Shown piece after piece: positions 49,586-59,692 of a DNA stretch of 64,000 bases; position 1 is the stretch's first letter; every line of letters starts with the position of its first letter. The translations under genes and the position numbers were made by a program. Below the pieces are notes generated by a model, which was not told the DNA's origin, made no database searches, and worked only from the letters and a program-made list of their open reading frames with translations. Source of the DNA: an uncultured virus (IMG/VR IMGVR_UViG_3300006213_002470) (Duplodnaviria > Heunggongvirae > Uroviricota > Caudoviricetes); IMG/VR virus record IMGVR_UViG_3300006213_002470; one strand, 5' to 3'.

Positions 49586-52018
49586 TTACTCTTTCACACA
49601 TACTAAAAATTTGTTCTTCTCATAGTTTCCCTCCTTATCAACTGTATTGGAACCATTCAGGCTGTCTAAATACTGTTCACCAGCTTTTGATTTGGATATA
49701 TACATAGAAAAATCCGAACACACCATCCTTTCCGGTTTCCATGTCTTATATTCCATATTCATCACCAAAAGAGCCCCCATCTGCTCAGCTTTCCTTTTCA
49801 TCAGACGGAAAACTATTTTCATTACGTCTCCTATCAGTCTGTGCGGAATCCCTGCTTCATAATACCTTTCCAAAAATAGCACTAAAAATTCTTTGTTTTT
49901 TATATATGGTTTATTTTCAGTTGCCTCTTCTCGGGTTAAATCAGCAAATTCCAGTTGCGGCGCCATTACGCTGTTTTTCTTATTGGCATCTCCGTACATT
50001 CCCTTTGTCAACCGAACTGCAGCACGCATCACTATATTCCCGTTCCAAGATACATACAAAACCTTTTTGTTAGAGTCATGACTGGCCAATAAACACTGCT
50101 TATATACTCCGTCTATATAGGAAAGACATGTGCGGCTTGGCATTTCGCCCATTTTCATAACAGGCAGTAGTCCGTCTTCCTCCCAAACGCATAGACTGCC
50201 ATCCTCGTCATACAGATTTTCCATCCAAATATGCTTAGCAGTATTGGTAATCGGATAATCAAGTTCATTGTCCAAATCATTGCTATGGTATTTCAATTCC
50301 TTGAAACGCCCCAACAATTCTGCGGATACCAGCCGTCTCAATTCCTCTTTCTTATGGGAAACATTTGTGTAGTATGTCCACATAATATGCGCACCATCTT
50401 CATAAAGAAATGCCATAATCCTTTCCTTATTGTCCTGCACAAATTTCTGGTCGAAACCAAATACATTCTTCAACTGAAGCCACTCCTGATCCTTCTCTAA
50501 TGTGTCATTTCTAACAGCGTCCATATCCGCATACCGTGAAAAAATCTCTGCATTACTGGAAACATAGCGCGCCTCTGACACACTCTTGATGTCATTAACA
50601 AGATGCCTTATCTTGTCAAAATTTTCTAACAGCCTCATGGCAACATCAGCATCCAAATCCTTAATATGGACAAGATCCTTCTGCATCCACTTTGACAGAG
50701 GATAAAGTGATAATTTAGCTGCAATTGCAGAAATGTCCATATCCAGCCGCAAACATTTACGCTTAATAATCTCCCTCATCACTTTCAGCCTGTCATCAAC
50801 ACGCTCATTCTGTAATTCAGAATACAGCGCAGCATATTCAACAGGCAGTTCTTGTAATACGGAAACCTCTTCAAAAGTGTGAGTTCTTGCAGACAGTAAT
50901 TTCATGATATCTTCCGGATAACATTTGATGCTCCGGCACTGTTTTAAATTTTTGACATTCAATGTATTTATATTTACCACGCGGGAATAAAAAGATTTCT
51001 GGAACAGCAGGGAATTATAAGGTATTGAACAAAAGATTTCAGGATTATTCCTGACAAGTGACAGAAATGCCTTTTTCTTATGTGTCACCGCATAGATGAC
51101 AAGATCCTCTCTATACTTACCATTCCAATTTTCATTAAAATACTCATTGTAGAAGAAAGAGATATATGAGGCCCGGCTCTCTATCATCTGATGCGCCTCC
51201 TGAATTTTTCCCTCATCCACCTTTTTCCTGAGCCTCTCCAAATCATACAACAGCGCACGGTTCTCCAAAAGACGCTGACAGAATTTTTCACCTTTGTTTC
51301 CATTATAAAAACCGTCTGACCATCTAAGAAGCGACTCTATTTTATCTGGCTCAGCCTCAATCTGCTTAAAAAGCTCATCGTCAATCTGCACCCTGCCGCC
51401 GCACATCCTATTTATAATTTCCAGTATCCTCAAGATTTTTCCATTATGCGCCATACTCCAAAGGCATTCCATATAACAATCACACATACCTGAAAGCATA
51501 TTTCCTGATACCACGTCATTGTAAAAAAGTTTTCCATGCAGGCGGATTATTTCTTCACCTTCCTGTCCCTGATGCGAATAATAATTATCCAGACCTTTGC
51601 ATAGCTGCCGCCTTTCTTCATAAAGCAGATCTATATCCGCATAGAACCTCAGATATAATGCGATATGCGAATTACTAACCATTTCATCCTGCAAAACATC
51701 ATACAGCTTTTCTATTGAATATTTTAATACTTCTTTCCCATCCATCTGCTTTAAAAGAAAGCTGATTCTCCATGCAGGAATCCCCCTTTGAAACAGCTGC
51801 AAAATATTTTTCCGCAATTCTGCACTATTTATCAGAAGCGCCTGCTGGATACCGGGCAACTCTTTGTAAGCTGCTGACACCCCCATATCAATGATATCCC
51901 TGCAGCCCGCTATCAGGTTTTCTTCACTGCACTTTTTTGTCAATGATGCATCAAATCCTGCATTTACAATTAAATGGCAGCATTCTCTGCGCTGCTTAAT
52001 CTTCTGAATTTCCATCAT
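49586..52018 (-). CDS. Large hypothetical protein (810 aa)
   Basis: Long ORF overlapping the upstream gene; C-terminal MGEMPSRTCLSY...CLL...DSNKK...RAAVRLTK block. Confidence 0.8.
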   Translation of the reverse strand: MMEIQKIKQRRECCHLIVNAGFDASLTKKCSEENLIAGCRDIIDMGVSAAYKELPGIQQALLINSAELRKNILQLFQRGIPAWRISFLLKQMDGKEVLKYSIEKLYDVLQDEMVSNSHIALYLRFYADIDLLYEERRQLCKGLDNYYSHQGQEGEEIIRLHGKLFYNDVVSGNMLSGMCDCYMECLWSMAHNGKILRILEIINRMCGGRVQIDDELFKQIEAEPDKIESLLRWSDGFYNGNKGEKFCQRLLENRALLYDLERLRKKVDEGKIQEAHQMIESRASYISFFYNEYFNENWNGKYREDLVIYAVTHKKKAFLSLVRNNPEIFCSIPYNSLLFQKSFYSRVVNINTLNVKNLKQCRSIKCYPEDIMKLLSARTHTFEEVSVLQELPVEYAALYSELQNERVDDRLKVMREIIKRKCLRLDMDISAIAAKLSLYPLSKWMQKDLVHIKDLDADVAMRLLENFDKIRHLVNDIKSVSEARYVSSNAEIFSRYADMDAVRNDTLEKDQEWLQLKNVFGFDQKFVQDNKERIMAFLYEDGAHIMWTYYTNVSHKKEELRRLVSAELLGRFKELKYHSNDLDNELDYPITNTAKHIWMENLYDEDGSLCVWEEDGLLPVMKMGEMPSRTCLSYIDGVYKQCLLASHDSNKKVLYVSWNGNIVMRAAVRLTKGMYGDANKKNSVMAPQLEFADLTREEATENKPYIKNKEFLVLFLERYYEAGIPHRLIGDVMKIVFRLMKRKAEQMGALLVMNMEYKTWKPERMVCSDFSMYISKSKAGEQYLDSLNGSNTVDKEGNYEKNKFLVCVKE

Positions 52019-54146
52019 GCACTACCTCCATTTTACTTATTATCTCCTGCACTTCACACCAAGCAAGCCTGTTAAAGCGGAATTCATCAACAATACACTC
52101 CGCAATTGTACCTGCCGCCTTTTTTCCGATTTTGGCACATATTTTCATGTTATCCCTAAATAGGTTCAGGCACACAGAAAACTTATCATCGCTCCACCGT
52201 AATTTCGAGAAACGCTTGGAAAGCATATCGTAAACCTCATAGCAATCTTTGGCAGTTGAAATCTCCTGTTCCATTTCTTCCCGACATCTGCACAGAGATT
52301 CCTGCTTCTCCTTCCGCTTCTTCTCTTCATCACGCCGCTTTTCTTCATTCCGATATGCCTCCCATTCTTCATCCGTATAATACTGCCTGCATAACCGCTG
52401 CTTTTGAGATCCATCATCCATAGTATCCCGGATCACCCAAAACAGCTCTTTACTCTGCTCCGGGAACAATCGTTTCGCCAAATCGTCCGTTAAAAATGAA
52501 TAGAGAAAATCCTCGTATTGCGATGGACGTTCTCTGTATAATGCCTGTTCTACCCATACGAAAAGTTTCCGCTGTTCATCAAGTGACAGTATCCCCTCTT
52601 TAAAATCCAGCCGTTGAATACAGTGCCCCCTGTAATAGCCGGAGGTTTCGATTATCACGTCATCAAGTATGATCTTATCCCTACCCATGAAATTCCCAAG
52701 TTTGCATATCCCGTACTCTTTGTCAAAGGCTTCCCAAAAGCGGAATATTTCATGATGGTCCAGCTTCTTCATGGTATTCATGATATTCGCTTTCATAATC
52801 TTCCACTTTTCGCTCATCTCTTCCTCTGACAAAATCCTTTCATCCTCAACATACTGTTGAAAAAGCTCTACAACATCACACTTTTTCTCTGTAATGAGCC
52901 GCTTAAACGTCTGTTTTACCTCATCCGTATCTTTTATCCAGACAAAATCCATATAGCTTCTGCCTGTGCTTTTCTGAAAATTCAGTAGCCATAGTTCAAT
53001 ATCCGAACTTAGATGAAAATAAAGACTTCTTGCAAATATGCACTCAAATTCATCCGGATTCATCCATGTTGCAATGTCACACCAGTTTTCATCGCCAAAA
53101 TTTACATAAAACCATTCTTCAGGAATATGCATCTCTTCCCTGCCTTGGTACAAATATTTGTATATATCATGATTCTTAATGAAAACTTTCCGTGAAAGGC
53201 TTTCTAAAATACCCTTTTTTCCCTCAAGGCATATTTCGTACTTCATATATCTTATTATCAATGCCTTACAGAGTGCCATCAGATGCATCTCTTCCAAATG
53301 TTCTGAATTAAAAAGCATTTGTAATCCGGCGAGCGCCATTCTTTCCATTGTAATAGAATTTAGTTCCAGCACATCCGGCAGTTTTGCATTTTCCGGCAAC
53401 GACAAATTCAGATAGAGAATCTCCTGTTCAGTATATCCCATCTCCAAAAACCTGTTCCACGATGTACTTCCTTCCTTTACATACTTACAAGGCAGCTCTA
53501 AAAGGCTTTTTAAAAGGTTTGCATCCTGTTTTCTGTATTTCCGAATGTCATAATAAAACTGTTCCAGAAACCATTCATAAAGCCTTTCATTTCCATACGC
53601 CTTTATCGTTCTATCCTTTCCGAAAAACCGCACTGCCTGCTCTCTCGCAAACTCCCACGCGTCCGGTTCATCCCGCAATGTGTATATTGCAAAGATTGCC
53701 TCTGCCGTTTCCTGGAAAGAATACCGACATATCCTTGAACGCAGCTTTTCTTTTTCTCCCTCTTTATCCGAAAAAAGAAACAGGGCACAGCTTAGATAAA
53801 AATCCCCTTCTGCGCGCAGCCTTACTTTTCGCAGAAACTGCTCCAACTGCCTTCCAACGAACATGGAACCTTCCAGGAAGTTTTTTCCTTCAGCCAGAGC
53901 CAACATAATTGCCCGCATCTGACGTTCACCGCCACCACATCTTTCCTCATACCGCTCCAATACTTCTCCCGGATAATTCAGCCCATACTGTTCTTCCATA
54001 GGGCTTACAGGAACATCCTGTCCGAACAAACTGTTCCTTTGTCTCTCCGTAAACTGCTTATCCTCACTCGACAGTGTAAAAAGCAGATGTTTCATCTGTT
54101 GCAACAGTGAAATGTCCACATATTGTTCTAATGATGCCAATTGCAT
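51996..54146 (-). CDS. Large hypothetical protein (716 aa)
   Basis: AAGGAGG RBS; YGLNYPGEVLERYEER; coiled coil near the C-terminus. Confidence 0.8.
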   Translation of the reverse strand: MQLASLEQYVDISLLQQMKHLLFTLSSEDKQFTERQRNSLFGQDVPVSPMEEQYGLNYPGEVLERYEERCGGGERQMRAIMLALAEGKNFLEGSMFVGRQLEQFLRKVRLRAEGDFYLSCALFLFSDKEGEKEKLRSRICRYSFQETAEAIFAIYTLRDEPDAWEFAREQAVRFFGKDRTIKAYGNERLYEWFLEQFYYDIRKYRKQDANLLKSLLELPCKYVKEGSTSWNRFLEMGYTEQEILYLNLSLPENAKLPDVLELNSITMERMALAGLQMLFNSEHLEEMHLMALCKALIIRYMKYEICLEGKKGILESLSRKVFIKNHDIYKYLYQGREEMHIPEEWFYVNFGDENWCDIATWMNPDEFECIFARSLYFHLSSDIELWLLNFQKSTGRSYMDFVWIKDTDEVKQTFKRLITEKKCDVVELFQQYVEDERILSEEEMSEKWKIMKANIMNTMKKLDHHEIFRFWEAFDKEYGICKLGNFMGRDKIILDDVIIETSGYYRGHCIQRLDFKEGILSLDEQRKLFVWVEQALYRERPSQYEDFLYSFLTDDLAKRLFPEQSKELFWVIRDTMDDGSQKQRLCRQYYTDEEWEAYRNEEKRRDEEKKRKEKQESLCRCREEMEQEISTAKDCYEVYDMLSKRFSKLRWSDDKFSVCLNLFRDNMKICAKIGKKAAGTIAECIVDEFRFNRLAWCEVQEIISKMEVVHDGNSED

Positions 54147-54208
54147 ACAATAACCTCCTTTTGTTAAAAGGGCGCCTTAAGACACCCTTACCACTCCATT
54201 TTTAATTT

Positions 54209-54814
54209 TCAATCCGGAAACAAACCAAACATTTCCTCAAAACAGTTCTTACATATACACTGGCCACGCGCCAGCAGTCCTCTTTCCCCATTGCTTAATT
54301 CCGGAAAAATATCCTGTATCAGATACGGCGCACCCTTTTGATATTCTCGGTACATCGCAGCCGCTTCCCTGCTTACAATCAGCGGAAACTCTTTATTGCA
54401 AATTTCACAGCTGCGTATAAGAAATTCCTGCTCTTCGCCCAGCTCATCCTGCCATTTCAGGTATTGCGTATAAAACTCGTTTGTATATCCCAGCAGCATG
54501 TTTTCATCAAACATAAACTCAGGATAAATTGCATAACCCGAATGAACCTTACGCCCAGTTGCTTTCCCCAGGCCATTCCTTTCCAGCCACTTTATGATAT
54601 CCTCTCCACAATTATTGACATCAATATATGCACAGTTTTTTTGCTGTGGAACGTCAAGACAACAGGTAATTACAAGCAAATCTTCATCATCAATACCGCT
54701 TCCCGCCTTATACATGCACATCCCCAGACTCCTGTTAAATAAGTAATAAATAGGATATAATTGCACATGCCTTATCTGTCCGCCAATTCGATACATCAGT
54801 TTCTTTTCCTTCAT
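54209..54814 (-). CDS. DUF4313-like protein with C-terminal zinc ribbon
   Basis: AYIDVNN...WLERNGLG..TGR...SGYAIYPEF; CEIC...CKNC. Confidence 0.65.
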   Translation of the reverse strand: MKEKKLMYRIGGQIRHVQLYPIYYLFNRSLGMCMYKAGSGIDDEDLLVITCCLDVPQQKNCAYIDVNNCGEDIIKWLERNGLGKATGRKVHSGYAIYPEFMFDENMLLGYTNEFYTQYLKWQDELGEEQEFLIRSCEICNKEFPLIVSREAAAMYREYQKGAPYLIQDIFPELSNGERGLLARGQCICKNCFEEMFGLFPD

Positions 54815-54817
54815 AAA

Positions 54818-55150
54818 TTAAGTTCCCTCCTTTTTGCAAACATAGCCATCAAAAATTTCTACTGTGTTATTTGGTAATCCGGCATTCACTTTGGGACCTG
54901 CCACCAAAAGAACACTGATTACACTACTTCTTTCAAGGCTGGCATCCTTTACCTGATAAGCGGCTATGATATTTTCCTGCACATTGGCAGCTACATTGAC
55001 CTTTGTGCAGTCAAATATATCCTCCTGCTTAACCTCATATCCCGCCGCCAACGCCACTGTTTCATAAAATGGCGTCAGTATCTGTTTCATCTGTTCATCA
55101 GACAAACAGACTAATTTAGATTTTTCTTCACAACTGTTTTTTCCTTTCAT
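54818..55150 (-). CDS. Hypothetical protein
   Basis: AGGAGG RBS; 110 aa. Confidence 0.7.
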   Translation of the reverse strand: MKGKNSCEEKSKLVCLSDEQMKQILTPFYETVALAAGYEVKQEDIFDCTKVNVAANVQENIIAAYQVKDASLERSSVISVLLVAGPKVNAGLPNNTVEIFDGYVCKKEGT

Positions 55151-55177
55151 ACGTATTTCCTCCTAGTTTTAAAATTG

Positions 55178-55385
55178 AGCAGGGAAGGTTGCTCCCCTAC
55201 TGGCCGCGCGACCCGTGCGCCACTTTAGCGGCATATTTCCTCTGCACGGATCTGTACATAAAAAATGGCAGAAAACGCACACTTATCCTGTGCTTTCTGC
55301 CGTAAGTACTTATAACATATTTAGTTATATTCTGTAATTCTGTTCCTCCTTTTCCCATAAAAAAACATCCGGCACAGCCAGATGT
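55178..55385 (-). promoter_or_regulatory. Structured leader with two terminator-like hairpins and a GC-rich multi-stem
   Basis: Stems at 55365-55385, 55267-55301, 55210-55252 (inner 55219-55232) and 55178-55201. Confidence 0.5.
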
Positions 55386-55632
55386 CATCTACGTTATATC
55401 TATCATGAACCCATTACTGGGAATTGCTTTTACAGGTATTCAGCATAAGCCATTTACCATAAAAATAAAAAAATTTATAATAGATATTATAATACTCTTT
55501 CCGATTTTGTCAATAATTGTCAAATTTCCAATCCGTCCCCTGCGCCCCTTGACTTTAACATTTATTTCTCTTAAAATTAGAATACTTCCATCCTTTGCCA
55601 CGCAACCTATAAAAATTGAGGATATAATATTT

Positions 55633-56019
55633 ATGAACATGATTGCAATTCAAAATAATCCAATTTCCAAAAATACAAAGAAATTCTTAAAAAATATCGG
55701 CATTACGGATATCTCAGCAGTTGACACGATTTCCTTTTCTTCTTTGGAACAGAACCTCCTGCCTTACGATCTTGAAAAAATAGTATATGAGTTAATGCCT
55801 CTCGGATGCCTGCGCCACCCTGATGGCGAGATTTTCATTTTTGACATTCCAATGACCAAAAGATTACTGCATATCCTGGCGAATTATGATGTATATTACT
55901 TATCAAGGCTGGCAAAGTACAGTCTTAGAGAAATTATGCAGTTCCGCAACCTCGGAGCCAATACCTTCCATGAATTGGAAAAAGTATGCAAGGAATACGA
56001 AACCCCACTACCCGACTGA
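55633..56019 (+). CDS. Stand-alone RNA polymerase alpha C-terminal-domain-like protein
   Basis: MTKRLLHILANYDVYYLSRLAKYSLREIMQFRNLGANTFHELEKV; GAGG RBS before ATG 55633; a weaker similar repeat at the N-terminus. Confidence 0.7.
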   Translation: MNMIAIQNNPISKNTKKFLKNIGITDISAVDTISFSSLEQNLLPYDLEKIVYELMPLGCLRHPDGEIFIFDIPMTKRLLHILANYDVYYLSRLAKYSLREIMQFRNLGANTFHELEKVCKEYETPLPD

Positions 56020-56090
56020 TATTTTGCAATAAAAAAAGAGTTCTACACTTCTCATAGTACGAAATGCAGAACTCTTATCATAAAATAATT

Positions 56091-56984
56091 TTATTGCTTT
56101 TTTAATTGACATAACTGCGATAAACACAAGCGGAAAGCAAAATCCTGGGCATACCGTCCGCTTTTTATTCCATTCACTGCCTTTTGAATAATGTCAATCC
56201 CCTCGTCAGCCTGATCCAGCGTCATCTTGGGAATATATGTCCTCTGATGAACACCTACTTCCTGTAAGGAACAGCCGCACACATTAACCTTATACAGAAT
56301 ACGATAGCTCCTTAAAAGGAGAGAAAGCGTACCTATCACGTTCTGTCCGCCATTCTGGATTATCAAGTCCGCCTGATGAAATAAATCTGTAGTCCTGCCT
56401 TTGTCTATCAGGCATATCAGCTTGAAAACATCCTCCCGTTCATTTACCTGCACCAGCCGCTGCACTAGTTCCGTCGTTATTTCATCCTGTGTTGTACACA
56501 GTCGGTTCAGCGCTGATTTTACATGATATAAGTTTACATCCTCCATTTCATAATTAATGCGCATAAGGAATTCCTCGTATGCTCCTTTGGTAATTTTGCA
56601 ATTCTGCCTTTTTATGTATCCTAAAATCCATTTTTGCAGCATACCCATATCCTTATCCAGCTGCTTTACGCTTTCTTTAGGGAATTTCTTATACAGTGAA
56701 AGCCTTTTGTCTATCTCTCCGGCAAATATATATATATCTGTCTTGGGCGCCGGCTCTTTCAGGTATTTTTCCAAAAACTCATTTGCCGCCAGTTTTTCCA
56801 TAGACACAATCAGAACCCTGCGGTTTCCCATAAACGGCATCTGCTTTGCAAAATCTCTCTCCGTCTGCGTGAACTGCTCCGTTTCCATGAGATTGAATTC
56901 AGGCATCACAATCCCCTTGACTGCCTCTGCCCTATATGCATGGAGCAGATAAGGCTCATTTCCAAAAATCAATTCATTTTTCAT
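56091..56984 (-). CDS. DNA polymerase III delta subunit-like protein (HolA-like)
   Basis: LIFGNEPYL, MPFMGNRRVLIV, IDKRLSLYK, VFKLI, IKSG. Confidence 0.75.
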   Translation of the reverse strand: MKNELIFGNEPYLLHAYRAEAVKGIVMPEFNLMETEQFTQTERDFAKQMPFMGNRRVLIVSMEKLAANEFLEKYLKEPAPKTDIYIFAGEIDKRLSLYKKFPKESVKQLDKDMGMLQKWILGYIKRQNCKITKGAYEEFLMRINYEMEDVNLYHVKSALNRLCTTQDEITTELVQRLVQVNEREDVFKLICLIDKGRTTDLFHQADLIIQNGGQNVIGTLSLLLRSYRILYKVNVCGCSLQEVGVHQRTYIPKMTLDQADEGIDIIQKAVNGIKSGRYAQDFAFRLCLSQLCQLKKQ

Positions 56985-59643
56985 ACCGCGCTCTCCTATT
57001 TACAGAAATATATTTCTCAATATCCTTAAGGAAATTGCTTTTCCCCGGATAGTCCTCCAGAATAAACAATACCCTTTTCGCCCTGGTTACTGCCACATAT
57101 AAAAGCCTGCGATCCTCTTCCACATCGCCGCATTCAAAATTGTCTACCCCATAGATAATAACCGCAGGAAACTCTTTTCCTTTCGCGTCATGGGCAGTTA
57201 ACATGCGGACCTGGGAACGCTCTCCCGTGCTGTAATAAATTCTCGTGTCGTCTTCAAAGACCTTCATTGCTGACATAATCTCATAGAGCTGTTTGTAATG
57301 CTTAATCTTCTTCTCATACATTATGTCCTCTATCTTCTCAAGCACCTCCTTCGTGCAGACTCCCGTTGGAAAGAAAAACAATCCCAATTCCGACAACGCC
57401 TGCTTTAATGGCTTTTTCAACACCTGCATGGCACGATAAATAGAACCATATGCTTTTTTCAGCGGTTCCAACGGTTCCAGAAAATATCTGCTGGATTCTT
57501 CCCCATAGAAATCATATATCAATCCCTCATTTACATGGTCCTCATAGATACTGAGCTTCCTGTCTGCCTTTTCCACTGTACAGCCCATGATACTTAAAAG
57601 CCGGAACAATGCCTTATCCTGATGCATCCCCTTGACCGCAAGCTCCAACAAGTCCAAAAGCATCTGAAAAACGCAGTCTTCACGCAGGTAGAACTTCGGC
57701 CGTTCAAGCGGCACCGCTACACCGGTCAGGACTGCATCTTTATCTACAATCTTACACAGGTTATTCAGCTCCTTATTTGTCCGGGCAATTACTGCAATAT
57801 CCGAATACGCATATCCTTTTCCATGTATTTCCTTAATCAGCGCCCCAAACCTGCAATCATTAAAATTGGGTATGTGTATAGCCTGTATTCCCGTGGAAAA
57901 AGACGCTGCCAGCTGCATTGGCACCCGCTCCCGATTCTTTTCTATCAGACCTGACGCCATTGTTACAATTTCTTCTGAAGAGCGGTAATTCCTGGAAAGC
58001 AGAATATCTTTCGTTTCAGGAAATATGTCTGGGAAATCCAGCATAAATCGGTTGCTTCCGCCCCGAAAGGCATATATCGACTGATCCGCATCACCACAAA
58101 TCATCAGATTATTTTCCGGTTCCTTCACCAGCAGCCTGACAAACTCCGCCTGGGCATCATCGAGATCCTGCACTTCGTCCACCATGATATAGTCATACTG
58201 ATTCTGCACCGTTTCCAAAATACCCTGATTGTTTTTCAACAGTTCTACCGCCATACCAACCTGATCGTCAAAGGTAATGTATCCCATTTCTTTAAAGGCT
58301 GCATCATACAGCTTCTTGACTCCTATGATTCCTTCCACGTCTTTTTTGCTATATGCGTTAGAAAATGCCTCTATCCCATGCTTGTTAATAAATTCAAAAT
58401 CTTTCAACAGCGTTGCTATCAGACCGTAGCGCATGGTAAGCCCCTCATAGCTGACCCCGGAAATCAAGGGCGCATGGTTAAGGACTTTCATCAACAGGTT
58501 CTTACAGTCCACAAGCCCTGCAAGACGTACCGGACCTGTCAGGAACTCATTCTGGGTGAGAATCCCAAATGCCAGCGCATGGAGTGTATAAATATTGACG
58601 CCCTGCCCCACCTGCACTCTCTCCTGCATTTCCTGCGCCGCTTTCTTGGTAAAGGTAATCGCAAGGATCTTTTCTGCCGGAACTCCTGACTCCGCCAGCT
58701 TTCGTATCCGTTCTACCAGGACAGCCGTTTTACCACTGCCGGGACCTGCGCACACACGAAGGGGACCCTTTACATGGTTTATTACATTTTCCTGTTCTTT
58801 GGAAAAAGAAATCTCCTTTTTCTTTGTATGTGCTTCTTCCGCCTGCTTTAAAAGAACAATATTCGGCGGTTTGCAAATATTTTCAAAAAAGCAACCGTCA
58901 CAGGAACACTCCTCTGCCTGTCCGATAATATGCTGTATATGCTCCCATACCCCTTCCGGATGCCGCTCAATATACTCCCCGCTTGAAATCTGAATGATAT
59001 TATCACCTTTCTTTTCCTCGAACCTTGCAAGCCGGTCCGGTTTGTCAGCGGAAGATGCAAGCCTTACCATCATTACCCTGATCTCCTTTTGGGGATACTT
59101 TTTACTAAGCCCTTCCATCAGAACCAGCATTTCCAGACTGTTCTCCACTTTATGCTGCAGCTTCCTCGCCCTATATGAATACGGCTTACAAAAGTTCCTG
59201 CATAAAATGACGCCAACAATACTTCCATCAGACTGTTCAAACAGCAGGTCTGCCGTTCCTGAAATGCCAGTTACGTCTATTTCACCGTGGCACAGCGGCA
59301 TCTCCAAAGATACCATTGTATTTACTGATATTCTTGCCAACGATGGGATTGGGAAATTCTTTAAGAACCGGTCAAACAGCGCAATTTCATGTGCAATCAC
59401 CCTTTTACGCTGCCAGCAGAGGGCGAACCAGTCTTCCTGATACGCCTCCTCCATATACATCTGCAGCTCTTCTATGATGGTATCTCTTTCCTTTCCCATG
59501 GCAATTCCCGCAGACATCCTCCTGATTGCCTCACTAAAACATAGATTCCTTGCATTATGGTCTTTCAGTGAAAGTTTTTGCAGTTTATATTTTCTGCCGC
59601 ATTCCAATCCTGCAATCAAATCCTTACTCCTTATATGTTCCAC
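56974..59643 (-). CDS. UvrD/PcrA-like SF1 helicase with N-terminal PD-(D/E)XK-like domain
   Basis: AGPGSGKT, ITFTKKAA, VDEVQD, GDADQSIYAFRG, NYRS, TAHDAKGKEF, YVAVTRA; N-terminal C...GTADL...CDGC...C. Confidence 0.9.
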   Translation of the reverse strand: MEHIRSKDLIAGLECGRKYKLQKLSLKDHNARNLCFSEAIRRMSAGIAMGKERDTIIEELQMYMEEAYQEDWFALCWQRKRVIAHEIALFDRFLKNFPIPSLARISVNTMVSLEMPLCHGEIDVTGISGTADLLFEQSDGSIVGVILCRNFCKPYSYRARKLQHKVENSLEMLVLMEGLSKKYPQKEIRVMMVRLASSADKPDRLARFEEKKGDNIIQISSGEYIERHPEGVWEHIQHIIGQAEECSCDGCFFENICKPPNIVLLKQAEEAHTKKKEISFSKEQENVINHVKGPLRVCAGPGSGKTAVLVERIRKLAESGVPAEKILAITFTKKAAQEMQERVQVGQGVNIYTLHALAFGILTQNEFLTGPVRLAGLVDCKNLLMKVLNHAPLISGVSYEGLTMRYGLIATLLKDFEFINKHGIEAFSNAYSKKDVEGIIGVKKLYDAAFKEMGYITFDDQVGMAVELLKNNQGILETVQNQYDYIMVDEVQDLDDAQAEFVRLLVKEPENNLMICGDADQSIYAFRGGSNRFMLDFPDIFPETKDILLSRNYRSSEEIVTMASGLIEKNRERVPMQLAASFSTGIQAIHIPNFNDCRFGALIKEIHGKGYAYSDIAVIARTNKELNNLCKIVDKDAVLTGVAVPLERPKFYLREDCVFQMLLDLLELAVKGMHQDKALFRLLSIMGCTVEKADRKLSIYEDHVNEGLIYDFYGEESSRYFLEPLEPLKKAYGSIYRAMQVLKKPLKQALSELGLFFFPTGVCTKEVLEKIEDIMYEKKIKHYKQLYEIMSAMKVFEDDTRIYYSTGERSQVRMLTAHDAKGKEFPAVIIYGVDNFECGDVEEDRRLLYVAVTRAKRVLFILEDYPGKSNFLKDIEKYISVNRRARYEK

Positions 59644-59692
59644 TTTTTCCTCCTTATAAAAAAACGGGGCAGCTTTCCGCCGCCCCTAAAAT

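Noticed and set aside
55405..55632. N-terminal extension of the alpha-CTD-like ORF
   Set aside because: AT-rich promoter-like DNA; the RBS supports a start at 55633
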